A stretch of 33,849 bases of DNA, from positions 1-33,849 of IMG/VR virus record IMGVR_UViG_3300043120_000151; one strand, 5' to 3'. This document shows positions 1-7,747 of this stretch, in pieces. The position numbers and the translations under genes are program-made. The notes under the pieces are model-generated. The model searched no databases, had not been told where the DNA came from, and worked only from the letters and a program-made list of their open reading frames with translations. This DNA is from a virus (Duplodnaviria; Caudoviricetes). Within the stretch, counting starts at the first letter, position 1. Each line of letters begins with the position of its first letter.

Positions 1-31
1 GAAGCCTGTTCGGCGAATAGCGGAGTATCCC

Positions 32-277
32 ATGAGCAGAATGAGCAAGACCATGGTTATCGCGTTGGTGGCCAAGGCAGAGGGCGGCGTGGATTATGAC
101 CGGCAGCTCGGCAAGGCGCTGTGTCCTGCATGCGGTAAGCGGGCCAAGGTTGTGACAACCCGTAACTGGGACGGGAACGTGCGGTTGCGCTATCACAAGT
201 GCATGAACAAACAATGCCTTTTATATCGAACTGGTACGACTATCAAGAGCATCGAAACAGACGCCTTGGCGGCGTAG
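32..277 (+). CDS. Ogr/Delta-like zinc-finger late transcription activator
   Basis: CPACG-x~17-RYHKCMNKQC matches the P2 Ogr pattern CPxC...RYHxCxNxxC. GGAG RBS upstream; lies ahead of the head genes. Confidence 0.75.
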   Translation: MSRMSKTMVIALVAKAEGGVDYDRQLGKALCPACGKRAKVVTTRNWDGNVRLRYHKCMNKQCLLYRTGTTIKSIETDALAA

Positions 278-290
278 TTGTCTGCCAGTT

Positions 291-310
291 TTCCCCGCCA
301 CGGCGGGGAA
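291..310. other. GC-rich hairpin TTCCCCGCC-AC-GGCGGGGAA
   Basis: Perfect 9-bp inverted repeat directly after the Ogr-like stop codon. No U-tract on either strand. Confidence 0.5.
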
Positions 311-345
311 CGCAACACAACTTTCATGCAATCGGAGACGGGGAA

Positions 346-861
346 ATGAGAGAACAAAGACCGAAGATGGCGCACCTGACCATAAAGCTGGCTGACGGAA
401 CATGCCGCAGCCTTGCCATATACGATGCCGAGGAATGGCCGGAAAGAAACGGGCCGCACGGGCTGCTGCGTGTGCAGGACGGTGAACGCTGGGTGAGCCG
501 TGACGGTAGCAAATATGACTGGCACACGCCGGAAGCTGTGGGCGCGCTGCTTGCCGAGCTGCTGCGCGAGCAGATGGGAACCATAGAGCCGGAACCCCAT
601 ATTGCGCCGGATACTCCTGCAGGTTCGCGCGTGCTGGTACGCTCTGCTGATGATGAAGAGAATGTTTTCAAAACCCACACGCGCACCTCACCCTTTGACC
701 GTGGTGGCCAGTGGAAAGTGTATGTGGTGGGGTGCAGGACGCCCTTGCCTCTGGAATGTGTGCAGCTTGTCAGCGAGATAGAGAAAAGTGCCACTTTCGC
801 CATTCCAAAATCAGGCAGCAACCCGCACCATCACTTAGCGGAGCAGGTGCCGCCGATCTAG
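346..861 (+). CDS. Hypothetical phage protein (~171 aa)
   Basis: ORF with purine-rich GGAGACGGGG upstream of ATG 346; alternative start at 367. No recognisable motif. Confidence 0.7.
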   Translation: MREQRPKMAHLTIKLADGTCRSLAIYDAEEWPERNGPHGLLRVQDGERWVSRDGSKYDWHTPEAVGALLAELLREQMGTIEPEPHIAPDTPAGSRVLVRSADDEENVFKTHTRTSPFDRGGQWKVYVVGCRTPLPLECVQLVSEIEKSATFAIPKSGSNPHHHLAEQVPPI

Positions 862-864
862 TAT

Positions 865-919
865 TGTACTAATATAGTACACACTTGCTTGCATTACATA
901 CGCCCCATGGTGGTATTTT
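865..919 (+). promoter_or_regulatory. Putative activator-dependent late promoter
   Basis: Palindrome TGTACTA-ATA-TAGTACA (865-881), extended -10 TGgTATTTT (911-919), no good -35 at 17-bp spacing. AT-rich gap directly upstream of the head operon. Confidence 0.55.
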
Positions 920-946
920 CTTATGAAACTACACCATGGGGCTTTT
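902..946 (+). promoter_or_regulatory. Hairpin sequestering the RBS of the first head gene / possible terminator for read-through
   Basis: GCCCCATGGTG (902-912) pairs with CACCATGGGGC (932-942), followed by TTTT; ATG at 949. Confidence 0.55.
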
Positions 947-948
947 GC

Positions 949-1161
949 ATGACAGACGCCGAATTGACCCAGAGCAGACTTGATGCCTACCTTGCCGCAG
1001 AGGCCGCGATTCTTGCGAGTCACCAGTCCTACACAGTGGAAGGAACCACCTACACCCGCGCCAACCTGCAGGACGTGCAGCGCATGATACACCAGCTGCG
1101 CAACGAACTGGCAGGCATGCGGCGCGGCGGTTCGCTCAAGCAGACGCAGGTGATTTTCTGA
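949..1161 (+). CDS. Head-tail adaptor, lambda gpW-like (70 aa)
   Basis: LDAYLAAEAAIL...QSYTVEGTTYTRANL pattern; immediately upstream of the portal with a TGATG overlap. Confidence 0.8.
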   Translation: MTDAELTQSRLDAYLAAEAAILASHQSYTVEGTTYTRANLQDVQRMIHQLRNELAGMRRGGSLKQTQVIF

Positions 1162-2717
1162 TGCGGCCCATGCAGGCCATATCCGGCAGCATGACCGCGC
1201 TGGCTGCATTCCCCTCTTCCGCGTGGCGGTCGCTCTCCGAAACTGCGTTCAACATGGTCGCCTCTGTGCGCTGCGGCATGTTGGCTCTCAGCAATCCGCG
1301 TGCGGCTCTTGTCTATCGTACAGAGCTTGAACACTACCTTTCCTATTCCGCAGCCAGCCGTAAGGGGCCAAACAAAAACTGGCGGCCCAGCAACAAGACG
1401 GCTGACGAACAGATCATGCGCGGCTGGTCCGATGTTATGGCCCGCGCCCGTGACCTTGTCCGCAACAACCCGAACATTTCCGGCGCGCTGCGCAAAATCT
1501 GCAACAACGTGGTGTTCAAGGGCATTATGCCGCAGGCGCAGCTGATGCGCGGCGATGTGGCGGACGAGGCTAACAACCGCCTTATCGAGCACCAGTTCAA
1601 AAAGTGGGCGCGGCAGGTCAAGTTCCGCAGCAAGCAGAAGCAGGTTGTCCGCTCCATGTGGTCTGACGGTGGTTCGTTCGTTCACTGCTTCGCCAGCGAA
1701 ACATTGCACAAGCGCGGCGTGGTGCCGATGGGCATAGAGATTCTTGAGGTGGACCATCTTGACCGCGACCGCAACGAGGAATTGGAAAACGGCCACGTGA
1801 TCAACCGGGGGATTGAATACACCCCCGATGGTTTTGTGGCCGCGTATTGGCTCTTCCCCAACCACCCCGGCAATACCCGCAATTTCATGCGCCGCATGCA
1901 CCAGAGCCAGCGCGTTCCCGCCGACACCTGTTTTCTGATCATGGACCCTGAGCGCCCCAGCCAGAGCCTGCCTATTCCGCTGCTGGCAAGCGTGATCATG
2001 TCCATGCACAATTTCAACGAGTATCAGGACGCAGAACAGATTGCTGCACGAATCGGAGCCGCCTTCTCGGTTTTCGTGAAAACCACATCCGGCGGCATTG
2101 TCGGCAATACCCTGAGTGGAGCCCCCATGGCCACGCTGGCAGAGGGTGGAACCACTGAGGGCGGAACTGTTCCCGGATTCGTCGGCAGCGGCAACATCAT
2201 TGAGCTGCCCCCCGGTAAAGAGATTCAGGTAGCCAACAACCCCCGCCCCGGCGAGAACTACGCCGACTTTGTGCGCACCAGCCTGCGCAACGCATCTACC
2301 GGCGTGGGCATGAGTTCTTCGGCCTTCAGCAACGACTATTCCGATGCCAACTATTCCAGCATCCGCCAGAGCGTTCTTGAAGAACGCCGCAGTTATCAGG
2401 ACCAGCAGCAGCTTCTGAAAGATGAAATGCTTGATCCCGTGTTTGAGCTGTGGGTCATGTACCGCTGGCTGTTCGGATACGGGCAGGAGCGGGAAATTCC
2501 TGTTGTGTGGCAGACCCCCGGCTGGGAATGGGTTGACCCGCTCAAGGATGCAACCGCCGCCAAGCTGCTCAAGGAAATGGGCATAGAGAACGAAATTGAC
2601 CTCGCTGCCAGCCGTGGGCGCGACTACGAAGAAAACGTGGAAAAGCAGGCCCGCGCCAAGGAAATGCGCAAGCGCAAAGGTCTGGATACGGAACAGGAGG
2701 CAACCCCCAATGCTTAG
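1161..2717 (+). CDS. Portal protein, lambda family
   Basis: ARARDLVRNN, GIEYTPDGFVAAYW, DYSDANYSSIR and WEWVDPLKD motifs typical of lambda gpB-type portals. Confidence 0.95.
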   Translation: MRPMQAISGSMTALAAFPSSAWRSLSETAFNMVASVRCGMLALSNPRAALVYRTELEHYLSYSAASRKGPNKNWRPSNKTADEQIMRGWSDVMARARDLVRNNPNISGALRKICNNVVFKGIMPQAQLMRGDVADEANNRLIEHQFKKWARQVKFRSKQKQVVRSMWSDGGSFVHCFASETLHKRGVVPMGIEILEVDHLDRDRNEELENGHVINRGIEYTPDGFVAAYWLFPNHPGNTRNFMRRMHQSQRVPADTCFLIMDPERPSQSLPIPLLASVIMSMHNFNEYQDAEQIAARIGAAFSVFVKTTSGGIVGNTLSGAPMATLAEGGTTEGGTVPGFVGSGNIIELPPGKEIQVANNPRPGENYADFVRTSLRNASTGVGMSSSAFSNDYSDANYSSIRQSVLEERRSYQDQQQLLKDEMLDPVFELWVMYRWLFGYGQEREIPVVWQTPGWEWVDPLKDATAAKLLKEMGIENEIDLAASRGRDYEENVEKQARAKEMRKRKGLDTEQEATPNA

Positions 2718-4923
2718 ACCGAAGAAGGGCGAAGGCAAGCAGGCGTTCATGAAGCGCGCTGTCAGCGAGCTGATGAAACAGGGCAAGAAGGAGGCCGAGG
2801 CCATGGCAGAGGCTGCCCGCCTGTGGAACGCCGCCAACCTTTCCGCCGAAGAGGCCGGGGGTTTTACCCTTTCCTCTGTCGGCCCTGTGCGGCTGGCGGA
2901 CAGTGACGGCGAAGACAAGCCCCGCCGGTTCTCCATTCTCGCCAACACGGGCGGCGTCAATGACCTTGGGTATTACCGGTTCATACTCAACATGAGCGGG
3001 TGCAAGTATCACGACAAGTTCCCCGCCCTGTATGAGCATGGCCGTCAGCAGATTGTCGGTTTCCACGACACTGTGAAGGTAACCAAGGAAGGTCTGTTCC
3101 TGTCCGGCCAGTTCGTGGGAACCGACATTGCTCAGAATATTATCAAGCTCGCTGATGAGGGGTACCCGTGGCAGTCGTCCGTTGGAGTTCGGGCGTTGCA
3201 GACGCGCTTCCTCAAGGCTGGCGAAAAGGCAACCGTAAACGGCCAGAAGTTCGAAGGGCCGTTGGAAATTTGGGAAGAGTGGAAGCTTCAGGAAAATTCC
3301 TTCTGCTCGCTCGGCGTTGACGATGAAACGGCGGCAATTGTGATGAGCCGCGAAAACCATAACCCGGAGGGTACCATGAAGTACTCGGTAGAATTGAAAC
3401 TGGCTCTTGGTCTTGCCGCCGACGCCACTGACGACGAAGTGCGGGCCAAGCTTGCCGCCATGAAGCTGGCAGAAGATGCCACCGAAGCACAGGTGTTTGC
3501 GCACCTGCTGGCGCAGAAGGCCAAGCAGGAACCGGACAAGGGCGGCAAAGAACTGAGCCAGCCCGGCAACCCCGCACAGCCTGCACACCCCGGCACCACC
3601 GCCCCTGCTGATCTGTCCGCAGAGGTTGCGCGTCAGTTGGCCGTGGAAAAGGAACGTGCCAGCGGCATCATGGGTCTGACCGTCAAGCTGGGTCTGTCCA
3701 AGGAATGGGCCTATGCCGTTATCGACAAGGGAACCAGCCTTGCCGATGCCCGCGCGCTGGCCATTGAAGAAGCCACCAAGACCAACAGCCCGTTCGGGGC
3801 AGGTCGCCTTTCTGAAGGAGCCTCCGACAGCGACAAGTTCCGCAAGCTGGCATCCGAAGGTATCGGCCTGCGCTTCGGCATGGGTGATGCTTCCAAGGCA
3901 GACAACGAAACCATGCAGTTCAGCCGCATGGGGCTGCTTTCTCTCGCTTCTTTCTGCCTGCAGCGCGGCGGTCTGAACCCCGCGCTGATGGGTAAGGAAG
4001 AGATTGCCCGCAAGGTGCTTTCCCGCTCTTTCAACCTCGCAGGCTCCACTAGCGACTTCAAGAACATCATGATGGACGTTGCCAACAAGCGTATGCTGGA
4101 AAGCTTCGGCACTGTGGAAGAAACTTGGCGCACCTTCTGCGATGTTGTCACCGCCTCCGACTTCAAGGACATGCACGGCGTTTCTCTGGACGGCGCGCCC
4201 GAACTGCTGCCCGTTCCGGAAAGCGGTGAATACAAGTCCGCTGCCCTTTCCGACGGCAAGGAAAGCTACCGCATCGGGAAATACGGTCGCATCATCCCCC
4301 TGACGTGGGAAGCCATCGTCAACGACGACATGCGCGCCTTCATGAAGATTCCCGGCATGTTCGGTTCCGCTGCGGCCCGTCTGGTTCTGGATATTGTCTA
4401 CGGCCTGCTGAAGAGCAACCCCGTTCTGGGTGACGGCAAGGCCCTGTTCCATGTGGACCGTGGCAACATTGCCACCGGTTCCGATATCGGACGCGTGACC
4501 ATGGGAACCATGAAGGCTATGCGCAAGTCCATGGGTACCCGTACTGACCGCAGCGGCAATCTGGTCAAGGTTACCCCCTCCACCCTGATCATTTCCGTTG
4601 ATCAGGCCACCGACGTGGACGTGCTGCTCACCTCTGCCGCAAACCCCGAAGGCACCAACAGCGGCGTCAACAACCCCTTCCGTAACGCATTCATGCCCGT
4701 TTCCGACCCGCACGTTGACGAGATCCACGACAACGCGTGGTTCGCGTTCGCGAAGCCCGGTCAGTACGACGGCATTGAAGTGGCCTTCCTTGACGGTAAG
4801 CAGCAGCCCGAACTGACTGAGGAAGAATCTTTCGATTCCGATTCCATCCGCTACAAGGGCCGCATCTGCTGCGGAGCAGGTGTGATGGGTACCCTTGGCT
4901 GCTACCATAACCCCGGCGCGTAA
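2710..4923 (+). CDS. Prohead protease - scaffold - major capsid protein fusion (737 aa)
   Basis: AGGAGG RBS at 2695. Protease motifs (PALYEH, GYPWQSSVG, ENSFCSLGVD), Ala/Lys-rich linker, C-terminal capsid region (STSDF, SDFK, ESYRIGKYGR, IVNDD, IEVAFLDG). Confidence 0.9.
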   Translation: MLRPKKGEGKQAFMKRAVSELMKQGKKEAEAMAEAARLWNAANLSAEEAGGFTLSSVGPVRLADSDGEDKPRRFSILANTGGVNDLGYYRFILNMSGCKYHDKFPALYEHGRQQIVGFHDTVKVTKEGLFLSGQFVGTDIAQNIIKLADEGYPWQSSVGVRALQTRFLKAGEKATVNGQKFEGPLEIWEEWKLQENSFCSLGVDDETAAIVMSRENHNPEGTMKYSVELKLALGLAADATDDEVRAKLAAMKLAEDATEAQVFAHLLAQKAKQEPDKGGKELSQPGNPAQPAHPGTTAPADLSAEVARQLAVEKERASGIMGLTVKLGLSKEWAYAVIDKGTSLADARALAIEEATKTNSPFGAGRLSEGASDSDKFRKLASEGIGLRFGMGDASKADNETMQFSRMGLLSLASFCLQRGGLNPALMGKEEIARKVLSRSFNLAGSTSDFKNIMMDVANKRMLESFGTVEETWRTFCDVVTASDFKDMHGVSLDGAPELLPVPESGEYKSAALSDGKESYRIGKYGRIIPLTWEAIVNDDMRAFMKIPGMFGSAAARLVLDIVYGLLKSNPVLGDGKALFHVDRGNIATGSDIGRVTMGTMKAMRKSMGTRTDRSGNLVKVTPSTLIISVDQATDVDVLLTSAANPEGTNSGVNNPFRNAFMPVSDPHVDEIHDNAWFAFAKPGQYDGIEVAFLDGKQQPELTEEESFDSDSIRYKGRICCGAGVMGTLGCYHNPGA

Positions 4924-4959
4924 CCCGAACGGGTAACGGCTGAATAAGGAGCTATCATC

Positions 4960-5316
4960 ATGGCAAATAACCATGTTCAGGAAGGCAAAAAAATGAATTG
5001 GACCAACGGCGGCGCGGCTGCTGTTGTGTCCGGTCAGGCTGTGGTTGTCGGCACGCTGGTAGGCGTGGCCGAAACCGACATTGCCGTGGGCGAAGTAGGC
5101 GTGCTGGTTGTGGCGGAAGTCTGGTCCCTGCCCAAGGCCGCCGAGGCCATTACGCAGGGCGCAAAGCTCTATTGGGATGCCAACGGCAACCCCGTAGGCG
5201 GCGTGGCCGGTTCCGGCTGCCTGACCGCCACGGCCACCGACAACACCTATGCCGGTGTGGCCTTCGCGCCTGCGGCATCCGGTGACGCCACTGTGGATAT
5301 CAAGCTTAACGCATAG
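4960..5316 (+). CDS. DUF2190-like capsid cement/decoration protein
   Basis: MANNHVQEG...SGQAVVVG.LVGVA.TDIA.GE.G...ITQGAKLYWD pattern; directly after the capsid gene; AAGGAG RBS. Confidence 0.85.
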   Translation: MANNHVQEGKKMNWTNGGAAAVVSGQAVVVGTLVGVAETDIAVGEVGVLVVAEVWSLPKAAEAITQGAKLYWDANGNPVGGVAGSGCLTATATDNTYAGVAFAPAASGDATVDIKLNA

Positions 5317-5334
5317 TTCCTTCGCCTCCCGCAC

Positions 5335-5379
5335 ACAGGGGCCACCCGAATGGTGTGGCAGCCACCGGGTGGCCCCTGT
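5335..5379. repeat. 14-bp perfect inverted repeat with 17-nt loop upstream of the holin
   Basis: ACAGGGGCCACCCG (5335-5348) / CGGGTGGCCCCTGT (5366-5379). No U-tract. Confidence 0.75.
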
Positions 5380-5408
5380 ACCACACAATCAACCCAAGCG
5401 AGGCCAGC

Positions 5409-5885
5409 ATGATGGATACAGCCAGCCAGTACCTGAGACAGCTACTGGACTGCGGCAGCGGCAAGGGTCTGCTCTCGGCGCTCATCGGCTTTTTTGCTTC
5501 CGTGCTGGGCGGTGTGGGTCCGCTGCTGGGAACGCTGGTTGCGCTGTGGGCCATGGACTTCTTTCTCGGGTTCATGCGGGCGTGGTCCGAAAGCACCATA
5601 TCCGTGTGCAAGATGCGCGCGGGCGTGGTGAAGGCTCTGCTCTACTTCGCCACCGTGCTGGTGATGGCCATCATGGATTACGCGCTCTCGCAGACCATTT
5701 CGTTTATCCACATTCCCGTTCGGGATTTTGTCTGCGTGTACCTGTGCCTGACTGAGAGCATCAGCTGTCTCGGGCATCTCAAATATTTCGGCGTACCCAT
5801 TCCCGCATGGATAGCGACCCGCCTTGCAGGCTACCGCACCGCCATGGACGCCGGGCCTTCTTCCTCATCCGGAGGTAGCAAATGA
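5409..5885 (+). CDS. Holin (phage holin 4 / toxin-secretion family-like)
   Basis: Several hydrophobic segments, MDFFLG...S..MR.G..K and E.IS...L...GVPIP motifs; ATGA overlap with the endolysin. Confidence 0.85.
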   Translation: MMDTASQYLRQLLDCGSGKGLLSALIGFFASVLGGVGPLLGTLVALWAMDFFLGFMRAWSESTISVCKMRAGVVKALLYFATVLVMAIMDYALSQTISFIHIPVRDFVCVYLCLTESISCLGHLKYFGVPIPAWIATRLAGYRTAMDAGPSSSSGGSK

Positions 5886-6508
5886 CCACCATGACCCCCG
5901 AATTTACCCGCGCCTATGCCGTGCTGATGGCCCATGAAGGCGGCTACAGCAACAACCCCAATGATCGGGGCGGCGAGACGTACAAGGGCATCAGCCGCAA
6001 GTATCATCCCGGCTGGCAGGGCTGGTCCATGATTGACGCTGCCAAGGCGCTGAGCGGATTCCCCGCCTGCCTTGAGGGCAACGCCCTGCTGCAGACGCTG
6101 GTGAAGAGTTTCTACAAGGGCACTTTCTGGGACCACTTCTATTGCGACAGCCTGCCCCCTGCGTTGGCCGTGGAGCTGTTTGAGCAGTCCGTAAATCTGG
6201 GGGTGGCCCGCACCACCAGGCACGTGCAGGAGGCATGCAACGCCCTGAACCGCAACGGCAGGCTGTATGCCGACCTGAAGGTTGACGGCCAGTTCGGGCG
6301 GCTCACCCTGCAGGCGCTGTCGTTTCTGGTGCATGGCGGCGATCTGGAAACGCTCATGACGGCCCTGAACGTGATGCAGGGGCGGCACTATCTCGCGGAG
6401 ATGGCAGCCCATACCGAACAGGAAGAATTCGCACGCGGCTGGCTGAGCCGTGTGGAGCTGACTACGGACACACGGCGGCGGCACTGCTCCAATGCACAGG
6501 CCGCGTAA
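5882..6508 (+). CDS. Endolysin, glycoside hydrolase family 108 with C-terminal peptidoglycan-binding domain
   Basis: HEGGYSNNPNDRGGETYKGI catalytic motif; VDGQFG and FARGWLSR motifs. Confidence 0.93.
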   Translation: MTTMTPEFTRAYAVLMAHEGGYSNNPNDRGGETYKGISRKYHPGWQGWSMIDAAKALSGFPACLEGNALLQTLVKSFYKGTFWDHFYCDSLPPALAVELFEQSVNLGVARTTRHVQEACNALNRNGRLYADLKVDGQFGRLTLQALSFLVHGGDLETLMTALNVMQGRHYLAEMAAHTEQEEFARGWLSRVELTTDTRRRHCSNAQAA

Positions 6509-6536
6509 CATAAACCCCCGAACGGAGGAAAACCAC

Positions 6537-6971
6537 GTGAAGCGTTTTTACTGTTTCGTACTCGCGGTGGCCATCGCCTGTCTGATGGCGGTGAGCGTAA
6601 CCGGCTGTGGCGGCACCGGCAGCAATCAGAATGCCACGGTGACTGCCGAGACGTTTGTAACCCAGAGCTACCTTGCCCTGCAGGATGTGGAATCTGCGCT
6701 GACCATTGCCACCAAGGGCGTGGGCGCAGCCTATCAGGCCGGGCAGATCAGCGAAGAGAAATTTCATGATCTGATCGACGGTATTGAGCTTGTGGATACC
6801 TGTTGGAACGAGGCCAGCAAGGCGCTGTTTGCTTACCGGATTGCGCTGGATACCGGCATGCCGCCCAACAAGGCCGCGTGGGATGCCGCATGGAAAACCC
6901 TGATCGAAAACCGCGACCGGCTTGTGCTGCTGCTCAAGGAGGTCCCTGCCCTTGCAGGGCTGCTTGCCTGA
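6537..6971 (+). CDS. Helical lipoprotein in the lysis cassette (spanin-position protein)
   Basis: GGAGG RBS, GTG start, signal peptide MKRFYCFVLAVAIACLMAVSVTG-C with lipobox. Confidence 0.75.
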   Translation: MKRFYCFVLAVAIACLMAVSVTGCGGTGSNQNATVTAETFVTQSYLALQDVESALTIATKGVGAAYQAGQISEEKFHDLIDGIELVDTCWNEASKALFAYRIALDTGMPPNKAAWDAAWKTLIENRDRLVLLLKEVPALAGLLA

Positions 6972-7025
6972 CGCTGCTCAGATCAGAACCAACCCGCGCC
7001 GACATAACACCACAGGAGTAACACC

Positions 7026-7226
7026 ATGCCCATAACCCCCGAATCCATTCTGCTGGCAAGATCCATTATCGATCTTGTGGCCGACGTAGGCCATGCCGCT
7101 GCGGACGCCTATGTGCGCCACAAGGAGCAGCGAGACGAACCCATTACCGCCGACGAAATCAACAGCATGATCAACGATCACAAGTCCACCCGCGAAATCC
7201 TCGCGGCCATGGGCATTGATTATTAG
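7026..7226 (+). CDS. Small hypothetical protein (66 aa)
   Basis: AGGAG RBS; follows the lipoprotein. Confidence 0.75.
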   Translation: MPITPESILLARSIIDLVADVGHAAADAYVRHKEQRDEPITADEINSMINDHKSTREILAAMGIDY

Positions 7227-7251
7227 GCCCATACCTCCCCACGGCCCAAAC

Positions 7252-7298
7252 GGTTGCGCCGGGTTTATCCCCGCTGCCCACAGTGACCCGGCGCAACC
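7252..7298. repeat. 13-bp perfect inverted repeat with 21-nt loop after the lysis cassette
   Basis: GGTTGCGCCGGGT (7252-7264) / ACCCGGCGCAACC (7286-7298). Confidence 0.75.
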
Positions 7299-7331
7299 AA
7301 CCCAACAACGCAGGCACACAGGAGAACGTCC

Positions 7332-7736
7332 ATGCCCGAAAAGTATAATCCCGCAATTCTGAACGCGACCGGCAACAAGGTTGTCGAACTGGCAGATGCC
7401 GGAGCAGGCCCTGCCGTGCTGACCATTTATAACGGCACCCAGCCCGCAACCGGCGGGGGAGCGCCCACCGGATGCACGGCCCTTGCCGTGTTCCAGCTCG
7501 GTGATCCCATGGCACCCGCTGCTGTAAACGGCATTGTGACCGTGAATGCTATCCCCGCCGTGCTGCCCGCAGCCATTGGCACTGCCACGTGGGCGCGCCT
7601 GACGGACAGTGACGGAACGTGGGTTGCTGACCACACCGCAGGCGTGAGCACAGGCGTGGTGCGGATTCCTGCGATCACCAACCTTGATAATTCCGTGAAG
7701 ATCACCAGCTACATTTTCACCCAGAACGCTGCATAG
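7332..7736 (+). CDS. Putative virion structural protein (beta-rich, Gly/Ala/Thr-rich)
   Basis: AGGAG RBS. LTIYNGTQPA...GTATWARL.DSDG pattern resembles small proteins I associate with fibre genes; function inferred from position. Confidence 0.6.
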   Translation: MPEKYNPAILNATGNKVVELADAGAGPAVLTIYNGTQPATGGGAPTGCTALAVFQLGDPMAPAAVNGIVTVNAIPAVLPAAIGTATWARLTDSDGTWVADHTAGVSTGVVRIPAITNLDNSVKITSYIFTQNAA

Positions 7737-7747
7737 CGGGTTAGCCC

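Noticed and set aside
1-20. End of an upstream gene (TAG at 18-20), possibly the terminase
   Set aside because: Too little sequence to identify.
1050-5388. Long minus-strand ORFs (1050..2960, 2569..5388; likewise 10476..12236 and 17886..19241)
   Set aside because: They are antisense shadows of well-supported phage genes in GC-rich DNA, with no motifs or RBS.
5409-5414. ATG-ATG at the holin start as a holin/antiholin dual-start motif
   Set aside because: There is no charged residue between the two Met codons, unlike lambda S107/S105, so no basis for different functions.
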